From the NCBI RefSeq assembly GCF_029504745.1, contig NZ_JAQFIQ010000020.1, forward strand, positions 9,553 to 41,552: DNA of 32,000 nucleotides. Reading direction: 5' to 3'. The notes beneath the pieces are model-generated. The model made no database searches. It saw nothing but the letters and a program-made list of their open reading frames with translations, and was not told the DNA's origin. Each line of letters begins with the position of its first letter. Position 1 is the stretch's first letter. The position numbers and the translations under genes were made by a program. Of this stretch, positions 9,470 to 17,665 are shown in pieces. The DNA comes from Breznakia sp. PF5-3 (GTDB taxonomy: Bacteria > Bacillota_I > Bacilli_A > Erysipelotrichales > Erysipelotrichaceae).

Positions 9470-10957
9470 ATGGGAAAATATATATTATCTTTGGATTTAG
9501 GGACTACTTCCATTCGGGCGGTATTATTTGATAAACATAGTAATATCTGTGCTATGGAACAAAAGGAATTTACGCAATATTTTGAACATCCAGGATGGGT
9601 AGAACAAGATGCCGAAGAAATATGGCAGACTTTGCAAATCCTTCTTGCAGGCTTGCTTGTAAATCAAAAAATTGATTTTGATGAAGTTGAAGCAATAGGG
9701 ATTACGAATCAAAGAGAAACAACAATTATCTGGGATAAACAAACAGGACTACCAATCTATCGGGCAATTGTATGGCAGTCAACGCAGACAAATGAAATCT
9801 GTGAAGCTTTAATTGAACAAGGGCATACGGAATTTATAAAGCATAAAACAGGATTACCAATTAACTCTTATTTTTCGGCAACTAAAATTCGGTGGATATT
9901 AGATCGTGTTCCAGAAGCCCAAAAACGTGCTGAGGCTGGTGATTTGTTGTTTGGTACAGTGGATAGTTGGATTTTGTGGAAGTTGAGTAATGGCGTTCAT
10001 GCAACAGATTATTCTAATGCTTCACGAACGATGCTATATAATATATTTTCATTAGAATGGGATGGTGAAATATTATCGCTCTTGAATATTCCAAGAAAAC
10101 TATTACCAGAAGTAAAAGATTCATCTGGTTATTTTGCAACAACATCAAAAACACAATTTTTTAATTATGAAATTCCAATTATGGCTATAGCTGGAGACCA
10201 ACAAGCTTCTTTGTTTGGCCATGGATGCTATGAACCTGGAATTGTTAAAAATACCTATGGAACAGGTTGTTTCATGTTAATGAATACATTGGATAAGCCA
10301 ATTATTTCTAAAAATGGACTTTTAACAACAATTGCTTGGGGAATTGATGGTTCTATTGAGTATGCGATTGAAGGTTCGATTTTTGTTGCAGGTAGTGCAG
10401 TACAGTGGCTTAGAGATAGCTTGAAATTAATTGATACTGCTGCAGAAAGCGAGCAGCAAGCTTTATCACTTAATGATAATCAAGGAGTATATCTAGTTCC
10501 AGCATTTGTGGGGTTAGGTTCACCATATTGGGATAGTGAAGCGAAAGGTTCTATTTTTGGACTTACAAGAGGGAGTGGAAGGGAAGCGATTGTTCGTGCA
10601 ACTTTGGAATCCATCTGCTATCAAACTAAAGATGTTTTAGATGTCATGGTCGAAGAATGCAATTGTGATTTGAAGATGCTGAGAGTTGATGGTGGTGCGG
10701 TTGAGAATGCATTTTTAATGCAATTTCAAGCAGATATTTTAGGCGTTGAAATTGATGTAGCACATGTAAGTGAAACAACCGCTTTAGGAGTTGCTTATCT
10801 TGCAGGACTGAGTTCAGGATTCTGGACGACAAAAACGGAAATTCTTCAATACCGTCAAATAAAGAAGCATTATAGTGCGAAGATGAGCAAAGAAAAACAA
10901 AATCAATACTATGAAAAATGGAAAAAAGCAGTGGCAGCAACAAAAATGTTTAAATAA
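9470..10957 (+). CDS. glpK: Glycerol kinase
   Basis: 495 aa with FGGY-kinase motifs: LSLDLGTTSIRAVLFD, GITNQRETTIIWDK, AIAGDQQASLFG, GTGCFMLMNTG-like and VDGGAV. Confidence 0.92.
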   Translation: MGKYILSLDLGTTSIRAVLFDKHSNICAMEQKEFTQYFEHPGWVEQDAEEIWQTLQILLAGLLVNQKIDFDEVEAIGITNQRETTIIWDKQTGLPIYRAIVWQSTQTNEICEALIEQGHTEFIKHKTGLPINSYFSATKIRWILDRVPEAQKRAEAGDLLFGTVDSWILWKLSNGVHATDYSNASRTMLYNIFSLEWDGEILSLLNIPRKLLPEVKDSSGYFATTSKTQFFNYEIPIMAIAGDQQASLFGHGCYEPGIVKNTYGTGCFMLMNTLDKPIISKNGLLTTIAWGIDGSIEYAIEGSIFVAGSAVQWLRDSLKLIDTAAESEQQALSLNDNQGVYLVPAFVGLGSPYWDSEAKGSIFGLTRGSGREAIVRATLESICYQTKDVLDVMVEECNCDLKMLRVDGGAVENAFLMQFQADILGVEIDVAHVSETTALGVAYLAGLSSGFWTTKTEILQYRQIKKHYSAKMSKEKQNQYYEKWKKAVAATKMFK

Positions 10958-10994
10958 ATAGAGAATGTAGGTATTTTGATTTCGTAAAAGATAT

Positions 10995-11044
10995 TTGTAG
11001 AATATAACAAGTTGTGATAAACTTGTATTATAACAATACAAGTT
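10995..11044 (+). promoter_or_regulatory. Candidate sigma-A promoter with overlapping inverted repeats (putative HutC-type operator) upstream of the second GntR gene
   Basis: TTGTAG (10995-11000), a 17-nt spacer, then TAAACT (11018-11023). A near-palindrome TATAACAAGTTGTGATA sits at 11003-11019. A 9-bp inverted repeat ACTTGTATT-N5-AATACAAGT sits at 11021-11043. The heptamer ACAAGTT/AACTTGT occurs three times (11007, 11020, 11038). Confidence 0.5.
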
Positions 11045-11085
11045 TGATGTTATTTTAATACAGGTGATATTTACTAGGAGGAATT

Positions 11086-11814
11086 ATGAGTCAAAAACCA
11101 ACTACTACACCTTTATATTTACAAGTATATAAAGAGTTGTTGAAAAGAATTGAAAATGGTATTTATGAAGTGAATGATATGCTTCCTTCAGAAGCGGAGC
11201 TTCAAAAAGAATTTAGCGTCAGCAGAATTACGATTCGAAGATCCTTGCAGGATTTAGAACTTGCTGGTTATATAAAGATATCGAGAGGAAAAGGAGCTCA
11301 TGTATTGCCACATCGTCAATATACAAATCTTGTTGGAGCATCTAGTTTCTCACAAGAAGCAGTAAAATCAGGTGAGCGACCTTCATCCATTATTTTGGAT
11401 TTCCATGAGATGAAAGCAAGTGGTATTATATGTGAGTACTTGCAAGTGAATGAAGGTGATGATATCTATTATTTGAAGCGTTTACGGCTGAAAAATGGAC
11501 GTATTATTGGAATGAATGAAACATACATATCAAAGAAATTTGGACTTATAATCAGCGATCAGGATTTGGATGAGAAGACATCTATATATGCACTATATGA
11601 AAAGCATGGAGAATCAATTGAACGTGCCGTTGAAACCATTGAAGCACAAATGCCATCTTCAAGTATGCGCAATGAATTGTATATGAGCGAGGGTGAACCA
11701 GTCTTTCGAAGAGAGCGGATAACGTATGGAAGTAATAATCTAGCTTTAGAGTTTTCAATCAATACGTATAAAGCAAATGAATATAAATATGTAATACAAT
11801 TAAAAAAAGGGTAA
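11086..11814 (+). CDS. GntR-family transcriptional regulator, HutC subfamily (HTH + UTRA domain)
   Basis: SD TAGGAGG lies upstream. The N-terminal HTH reads LPSEAELQKEFSVSRITIRRSLQDLELAGYIKISRGKGAHV. The C-terminal ~165 aa are of UTRA-type size. Confidence 0.85.
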   Translation: MSQKPTTTPLYLQVYKELLKRIENGIYEVNDMLPSEAELQKEFSVSRITIRRSLQDLELAGYIKISRGKGAHVLPHRQYTNLVGASSFSQEAVKSGERPSSIILDFHEMKASGIICEYLQVNEGDDIYYLKRLRLKNGRIIGMNETYISKKFGLIISDQDLDEKTSIYALYEKHGESIERAVETIEAQMPSSSMRNELYMSEGEPVFRRERITYGSNNLALEFSINTYKANEYKYVIQLKKG

Positions 11815-11836
11815 CAGGAAAACTGTTACTCTTTTA
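11811..11836 (+). terminator. Rho-independent terminator overlapping the GntR stop codon
   Basis: GTAACAG-gaaaa-CTGTTAC followed by TCTTTT. Confidence 0.6.
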
Positions 11837-11837
11837 G

Positions 11838-11885
11838 TTGACATACATATTATAATAAGTTAAGATATGAATATAACATGTTATA
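11838..11885 (+). promoter_or_regulatory. Candidate operon promoter plus perfect 14-bp palindromic operator
   Basis: TTGACA (11838-11843), a 17-nt spacer, then TAAGAT (11861-11866). It is immediately followed by the perfect palindrome TATAACATGTTATA (11872-11885), at or just after the expected transcription start. Confidence 0.55.
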
Positions 11886-11909
11886 ACAAGATAGAGTAGG
11901 AGGTATCGA

Positions 11910-12647
11910 ATGAAGATATATGATATTCATTCCCATTTGGGAAAAACAAGTTCTGGAGATGAAAATACGCCAACGCAATTGGTGGAGGATCTGGCAAAGT
12001 TTGGTGTAAGTAAAGTAGGAATCAGTTGTCTTTCTGGAATATCTACAAAGGAACAAAACAACTTGATTGCTCGAGCAATGAAAGCATATCCAGAGCAGAT
12101 TGTAGGTTATGGTTTTATTAATCCAAAAGCCCCAGATGCATTACATGAAGTAGATGTATGTTTAAGTGAATATAAGATGAGTGCAATTAAATTTCACTCG
12201 TGGAAACATGGATATTATCCTGATAATACACCCGCTCTAGATGCTATATTAGATAAAATTGAGAGTTATGGAGTACATGTCCAAACGCATGTGGGAACGG
12301 CGCCAATTAGCAATCCATATGTATGGGCAGAATATGCAAAAAAACATCCTAATTTACGCTTTGTTTTCACCCATATTGGATATTACGAATTTGGGCATTC
12401 AACACTGATGGCAATTAAGGATTGTCCAAATGTTTGGGTAGAAACATCCGGACAAATGGATGCACAGGTACTTAAAGATGCAATTAATATATTAGGATCA
12501 AAACGAATTTGCTTTGGTACGGATTGGCCATATAAACCAATTAATATTGAAATTAGTAAATTTGAGGAACTGGAATTGAATGAGGAGCAAAAAGCAGATA
12601 TCTTTTATCGAAATGCTGAAAAGCTCTGGGAGAGAAAGAATGATTAA
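11910..12647 (+). CDS. Small metal-dependent TIM-barrel hydrolase, amidohydrolase-2 (COG2159/PF04909-like), paralog 1
   Basis: SD GGAGG lies upstream. The protein starts MKIYDIHSHLG (HxH metal motif), has later His residues in QTHVG and FTHIG, and carries the strand-8 Asp in FGTDWP (D205, nt 12522-12524). Confidence 0.75.
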   Translation: MKIYDIHSHLGKTSSGDENTPTQLVEDLAKFGVSKVGISCLSGISTKEQNNLIARAMKAYPEQIVGYGFINPKAPDALHEVDVCLSEYKMSAIKFHSWKHGYYPDNTPALDAILDKIESYGVHVQTHVGTAPISNPYVWAEYAKKHPNLRFVFTHIGYYEFGHSTLMAIKDCPNVWVETSGQMDAQVLKDAINILGSKRICFGTDWPYKPINIEISKFEELELNEEQKADIFYRNAEKLWERKND

Positions 12648-13029
12648 CATATTGATAACAACACATGGAGAGCTGGCAAAAGGAATTGTAAATTCAGCGA
12701 AAATGATTATTGGGAAATTTGAGAATGTGGAATATCTTGTCTTTGATGAAACAATGGGTATTTCAATATATGAAGAGAAACTTGCTCAAATTCTAATGAA
12801 TGTAGATGAAGAGAGACAATGGTTGATTTTTACGGATATTCTTGGGGGAACCCCATTTAATACAGTGAGTAAATTTTCCTTTAACAATGATAATATTGCT
12901 GTTTTTTATGGAATAAATTTACCTTTATTAATGGAAGCAATTCTAACAAAAGAAGGAAAAAAAGTTCAAGAAATGGCACAGTCACTTATTAAAACACTAC
13001 CTGATACAGCGGGTTTAAGTACTATTTAG
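12640..13029 (+). CDS. PTS mannose-family EIIA component
   Basis: I place the start at ATG 12640 (MINILITTHGELAKGI, conserved His), overlapping the upstream stop (ATGATTAA). The track start at 12580 lies inside the upstream gene. A later DILGGTPFN motif is present. Confidence 0.85.
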   Translation: MINILITTHGELAKGIVNSAKMIIGKFENVEYLVFDETMGISIYEEKLAQILMNVDEERQWLIFTDILGGTPFNTVSKFSFNNDNIAVFYGINLPLLMEAILTKEGKKVQEMAQSLIKTLPDTAGLSTI

Positions 13030-13041
13030 GAGGTATAAAAA

Positions 13042-13509
13042 ATGAATATTAAAGTATTTAGAATTGATGATCGATTGATTCACGGACAAATTGTTACTGC
13101 GTGGATTGCACAAGCAGAAGCAAAGCAGATTGTAGTAATTGATGATCTTGCAGCAAAAGATACGCTTCAACAATCACTATTACAAATGGCGACGCCTAAA
13201 AATATTAATTTAAAAATTTTGAATGTTGCAGATGGAATTGCTTTTTTGAAGAGTGATGAAGGAAATGATAATACCTTACTATTAGTACGTGGACCTAAAC
13301 AAGCACTTATGATTATTGATGAGTGTACAGGTGTAGAAAGTATTAATGTAGGAAATATCAATATGAAAAAAGGTAAGAAAAAAATCTTAGACAATGTTTG
13401 GGTCGATGAAGATGAAGTAAAAGATTTAAAAGAATTGGGTACAAAAGTAGAAGTGGAAGTACGTGCTGTACCTAATGATCATAAGCAAAATTTAATTGAT
13501 TTATTATAA
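13042..13509 (+). CDS. PTS mannose/sorbose-family EIIB component
   Basis: SD AGGAGG lies upstream. The N-terminus FRIDDRLIHGQIVTAW carries the phospho-His signature of Man-family EIIB. Confidence 0.88.
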   Translation: MNIKVFRIDDRLIHGQIVTAWIAQAEAKQIVVIDDLAAKDTLQQSLLQMATPKNINLKILNVADGIAFLKSDEGNDNTLLLVRGPKQALMIIDECTGVESINVGNINMKKGKKKILDNVWVDEDEVKDLKELGTKVEVEVRAVPNDHKQNLIDLL

Positions 13510-13524
13510 AAAAAGGAGACTAAT

Positions 13525-14274
13525 ATGAGTTTATTTATTCAAGCACTACTTGTGGCTGCAGTAGTTACAATTGCTTTTATTGATGCACACACATTTCAAA
13601 CACATATATTTAGACCAATCGTAATTGGACCTGTTGTTGGGGCAATTATGGGAGATTTTGACACTGGATGTCAGGTTGGGGTGACGGTGGAATTAATGTT
13701 CTTAGCTGTTATTTTCGTAGGAACAGCAGTACCTCCTAATCCAACGATTAGTACAGCGATTGCAACAGCTGTAGCGATTTTGGGAGGCGGAGGAACAGAT
13801 TTAGCTGTTGCTACTGCTTTGCCGGTATCATTTATTGGACAGATTGCAGAGACGGTACAAAATTCGGTTATTAATGTTTGGTTTATGCATCGTGCAGAAC
13901 ATGCAATAGAGAAGTTAAATACAAAGGGATTAGTTTTAAATAATACAATTTTACCAATGGCAATGAATGCACTACTTTATGGAGTACCAACATTCTTAGC
14001 TGTATATTATGGAGCAGATTTTGTTGCTTCGATAATTAGCGCAATACCTGATGAAATTATTACTGGATTATCAGTAGGTGGTAATATGGTTGGAGCTGTT
14101 GGATTTGCATTATTACTTAGTTCAATTAAAAGTAGAACGATGTGGCCATTCTTATTTCTAGGATTTTTCTTTGCATCGTATTTAGCAATTAATATGATTG
14201 GAATAGCATTGTTAGCAGTCGTATTCTCTGCCTTGTATTATTACTTTAAATTAGCAGATGAAGGTAAGGAGTAA
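13525..14274 (+). CDS. PTS mannose/sorbose-family EIIC component
   Basis: SD AAGGAG lies upstream. This is a 249-aa polytopic membrane protein of ManY/SorA type, positioned between EIIB and EIID. Confidence 0.85.
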   Translation: MSLFIQALLVAAVVTIAFIDAHTFQTHIFRPIVIGPVVGAIMGDFDTGCQVGVTVELMFLAVIFVGTAVPPNPTISTAIATAVAILGGGGTDLAVATALPVSFIGQIAETVQNSVINVWFMHRAEHAIEKLNTKGLVLNNTILPMAMNALLYGVPTFLAVYYGADFVASIISAIPDEIITGLSVGGNMVGAVGFALLLSSIKSRTMWPFLFLGFFFASYLAINMIGIALLAVVFSALYYYFKLADEGKE

Positions 14275-14280
14275 TTAGAG

Positions 14281-15096
14281 ATGGAAGCAAAAAAATTAAC
14301 AAAAAAAGATTTATGGCGTGTTTTTTGGAATCAGATGGCAATCCGAGGAACAAATAATTATGAACGTCAACAAAATGGTGGATTTACACAAGCAATGATG
14401 CCAGTGATTGAAAGGGTTTATGACAATGATGACGATAAGCGTGCAGCTTATGAGCGTCATATGGAATATTTCCTTACACAAGATATGGTATCTGCAATTC
14501 CAGTAGGAATAGCAGCTGCAATGGAAGAAATGCATGCAAATGATCCAGAGATGGATCCTAGTTCAATCAACGCAGTGAAAACAGCATTGATGGGACCACT
14601 TGCTGGATTAGGTGATTCTTTGTTGAATGGAACGGCAAGACCAATTTTAGCTAGTTTAGCAATTTCATTAGTACAAGCAGGCCTAGGTTGGGCTGGTCCA
14701 ATTCTCTTTGTTGTTGGAATGAGTATTGTATCGATTGGAATACGTTATCTTGGTGTTTTTCAAGGATATAAGCAAGGAGTTAAATTAGTAGAAAAAATTA
14801 ATTCAAGTGGACTTATTACAAAAATAACAGATATCGCAGCAATCGCTGCCTATACGATTGTTGGTGGATTTATTCCAGCTCTTGTATTTATTAATATTCC
14901 AATTGAAATTGCTTCAGGGGATACAGTAATCAATATTCAAGAAACACTTGATGGACTTATGCCAGGAGTACTTGGGTTATCATATACCTTTTTGATGTAT
15001 TGGTTAGTTACAAAGAAAAAAATATCAGCAGTTAAGTTGATTTTCTTAACAATGGTAGTAGCAATTGCTGGTGTATATTTAGGCATTTTAGGATAG
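14281..15096 (+). CDS. PTS mannose/sorbose-family EIID component
   Basis: The N-terminus LTKKDLWRVFWNQMAIRGTNNYERQQNGGFTQAMMPVIERVY is the characteristic ManZ/EIID amphipathic region, followed by TM segments. Confidence 0.88.
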   Translation: MEAKKLTKKDLWRVFWNQMAIRGTNNYERQQNGGFTQAMMPVIERVYDNDDDKRAAYERHMEYFLTQDMVSAIPVGIAAAMEEMHANDPEMDPSSINAVKTALMGPLAGLGDSLLNGTARPILASLAISLVQAGLGWAGPILFVVGMSIVSIGIRYLGVFQGYKQGVKLVEKINSSGLITKITDIAAIAAYTIVGGFIPALVFINIPIEIASGDTVINIQETLDGLMPGVLGLSYTFLMYWLVTKKKISAVKLIFLTMVVAIAGVYLGILG

Positions 15097-15115
15097 TATT
15101 ACGGAGGTGAAGATA

Positions 15116-15835
15116 ATGAAATTTGATATTCATGCACACATTGTTAAAGATAAAAATGAGTATGCAATTGATGAATTATTAGCTGATATGACAAAGAATG
15201 ACATTGAAAAAAGAGTCATCTCAACGTTTGATGGAGATACAATCAAGCAAGGAAATGAAGATGTAGCAGCTTTGGTAAGACAATATCCTGATAAATTGAT
15301 TGGATGTGCATTACTAAATCCAGCGTTGCATTCGATTGAAGATGATATTGAACATGCATTATCTTTGCCTGAAATTAAAATGATTGAATTAAATTCATTT
15401 ATACATGGTTATTTTCCAGATCATTGTGAAGGTGTAGAAATTTTATTTCAATACCTTGCAAAGCATTCAATGCCCATAAAAATATTTTCTGGACTTGGTG
15501 CACATGCTTTGCCACATCAGTGGGAGAGGTATGTTAAAAAGTATCCAATGATACCTTTTGTTTTTCTACATTTGGGTTGCTTTGATTATGGATATGGTTG
15601 TGTTGATATTATAAAACGAAATGCTAACGCTTATGCAGAAACGTCAAATCAATATGAGCTTCAAATTTTAAAGAAGGCGTTTTCAGAAATTGATATCAAT
15701 AAAATTGTATTTGGATCTAGTTATCCTGAACGATTTACAAGGAATGGTTATGAAATCTATGATTTATTCCCTTTGTCAAAAGAAGATAGAGAGCAAATCG
15801 AAAAAGAAAATATGAAGATACTGTTAAAGGTATAA
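15116..15835 (+). CDS. Small amidohydrolase-2-type TIM-barrel protein, paralog 2 (divergent, strand-8 Asp not evident)
   Basis: ATG 15116 sits 8 nt after GGAGG (15103-15107). The protein starts MKFDIHAHIV and is colinear with paralog 1 (YPxxIxG..NP, HGYxPD, KKxPxxxFVFxHxG, ETSxQ, FGxxxP). It reads FGSSYP where paralog 1 has FGTDWP. Confidence 0.7.
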   Translation: MKFDIHAHIVKDKNEYAIDELLADMTKNDIEKRVISTFDGDTIKQGNEDVAALVRQYPDKLIGCALLNPALHSIEDDIEHALSLPEIKMIELNSFIHGYFPDHCEGVEILFQYLAKHSMPIKIFSGLGAHALPHQWERYVKKYPMIPFVFLHLGCFDYGYGCVDIIKRNANAYAETSNQYELQILKKAFSEIDINKIVFGSSYPERFTRNGYEIYDLFPLSKEDREQIEKENMKILLKV

Positions 15836-15862
15836 CTATGTATATAAGAGTAAGGAGTTTTT

Positions 15863-16855
15863 ATGGAAAGAAAAATAAATGCCGATGAGGTAAGAAAAAT
15901 TCTTCCATCAACGGTTATTAAAGATTTTGATGATATTGTATTTCAAAAGGTTTTAGGAGCTAGTAAGCATATTAAAATGATTGGCAATATGATAGAAGCA
16001 ATTTGTATTGAAGACTGTAAAGCAAATGTAAGTGCAGTAGAGTTTCATAAGCATATTCATTTGTTAGGTGATTTCTTCATTCAAACTAGGGGAGAAGCAT
16101 CACAAGCGGTTACGAATGCAATTTATCTGATGTTAGATGGAATGAAAGAAAAAGTAGAAAATAGTAATATTGGTGAAATAACGAATCAAGTAATTAAACA
16201 AAAAAATTGTTATTTTATAAATGCAGAAAAGAATATGCAGCAAGTTGTAAAGTATGGGGTGGAAATTGCAGAAGCTTGTGAAAATATCATGATTTATGAT
16301 TATTCGAGTACAGTAGAAGCCATTTTATGCAGTGTAGAACATCCTAAAACAATATATATTGCAGAAAGTAGAGCTATCAATGGAGGGTATCCATTTGTTC
16401 AACCTTGCTTAGATAAAGGACATAAAATAAAATTTTTTCCTGATGCAAGTGTTATGTATTATATAAAGGATTGTGACCTTGCATTTATGGGTGCTGAAAC
16501 ATTTTATCCTGATGGAACTGGTTTCAATACGATTGGATCGGACATGGTTGCTTTAGCGTGTCAATATTACAAAGTTCCATTATATATGGTAACACCATTC
16601 ATAAAACTTGATGTTCGTCCTGTATATGGAAAAAAGAAAGAATTGGTAATCAATGATCTTCAAGAGAAATTAGGGAAGATTGCTACACCTAAAAGAAATG
16701 TGGCAGCAATTGATTATCGTACACCCGAATTGATTGGTGTATGTCCTGAACATATTTATGCTTTTATCACAGAAAAGGGAATAATTCCAAGTACCCAAAT
16801 GTATGATATAAGTATGAAATATATAACAGAGTTGAGAGGCAAAAATTATGTTTAA
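15863..16855 (+). CDS. IF-2B/MtnA-family protein (sugar-phosphate isomerase-like; eIF-2B alpha/beta/delta-related)
   Basis: SD AAGGAG lies upstream. Family-typical segments are IMIYDYSSTV, YIAESRAINGG, MGAETFYPDGTGFNTIGSDMVALACQYYKVPLYMVTP and FITEKGIIP. Confidence 0.75.
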   Translation: MERKINADEVRKILPSTVIKDFDDIVFQKVLGASKHIKMIGNMIEAICIEDCKANVSAVEFHKHIHLLGDFFIQTRGEASQAVTNAIYLMLDGMKEKVENSNIGEITNQVIKQKNCYFINAEKNMQQVVKYGVEIAEACENIMIYDYSSTVEAILCSVEHPKTIYIAESRAINGGYPFVQPCLDKGHKIKFFPDASVMYYIKDCDLAFMGAETFYPDGTGFNTIGSDMVALACQYYKVPLYMVTPFIKLDVRPVYGKKKELVINDLQEKLGKIATPKRNVAAIDYRTPELIGVCPEHIYAFITEKGIIPSTQMYDISMKYITELRGKNYV

Positions 16856-17648
16856 ACCAGATTGTACAGTATTTGCGATGATTCAACCAAGCCCCCTTCC
16901 TGGAAGTTATCGACATGATTCAAAAACAATTGATGAGATTGTTGAAGAAGTATTGAAAGAAACCCAGATGGTTGTGGATAATGGTTTTGATGGGGTCATC
17001 TTACAAAATATGAACGATATGCCAATTAAGCAAATTGCATCACCTGAAGCAATCGCATATATGAGTAGGATTGGCTATGAGATAAAACAAAAATATCCAT
17101 CTTTAACACTTGGTGTGTTATTGAACTGGGATGGTGTTGCTAGCTTAGCAGTTGCTGATGCAATTGGTGCAGATTTTGTTCGTGTTGAACATTTGTTTAC
17201 GGGAGCTAGTGTAACAAGTGCTGGTATTTTACAAGCACAGTGTGTAGAGATAGCCAATATTAGAAAACGTACCAAATCTAAAATACCTGTATATGTTGAT
17301 ATACAAGAAGTTCATGGAGTGGCTTTAGGTGCCAAACCAATGGAGGACGCAGCTTGGGAAGCGGTTCATGAGGCTTTTGCAGATGGATTGTTTATTTCTG
17401 GAAAGAATGTTGAAGAAAGTATCCAGATGGCCAAAGCAGTACGAACGAAACTTCCTAATACACCGATGATTTTAGGAGGTGGTGCAACAGGCGACAATAT
17501 TTATGAGTTGTTGCATTATTATGATGGAGTCTCAGTAGCTACATGGATTAAGAATGGAGATATGAAAAATAACATAGACCCACAAAGAGCTGAAATATTT
17601 AATGCCGAAGCACAACGTGCGAAAGAAGACAAAAAACACCGATCATAA
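16848..17648 (+). CDS. BtpA/SgcQ-family TIM-barrel protein
   Basis: The start overlaps the upstream gene by 8 nt. It is colinear by eye with E. coli SgcQ: an N-terminal segment ending PLPGS, then NGFDGVILQN, then LNWDGVASLAVADAIGADFVRVE, and a C-terminal YDGVSVATWIKNGD. Confidence 0.7.
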   Translation: MFKPDCTVFAMIQPSPLPGSYRHDSKTIDEIVEEVLKETQMVVDNGFDGVILQNMNDMPIKQIASPEAIAYMSRIGYEIKQKYPSLTLGVLLNWDGVASLAVADAIGADFVRVEHLFTGASVTSAGILQAQCVEIANIRKRTKSKIPVYVDIQEVHGVALGAKPMEDAAWEAVHEAFADGLFISGKNVEESIQMAKAVRTKLPNTPMILGGGATGDNIYELLHYYDGVSVATWIKNGDMKNNIDPQRAEIFNAEAQRAKEDKKHRS

Positions 17649-17665
17649 ATGATTAGGTGTTTTTT
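17631..17665. terminator. Bidirectional terminator shared by convergent genes
   Basis: AAAAAACACC (17631-17640) pairs with GGTGTTTTTT (17656-17665). The loop contains the stop codons of both convergent genes. A-run and T-run flanks allow function in both directions. Confidence 0.65.

Noticed and set aside
11850-12056. 68-aa minus-strand ORF spanning the PTS operon promoter and the start of the amidohydrolase gene.
   Set aside because: It overlaps a well-supported + strand gene and promoter, and has no SD and no recognisable motifs.
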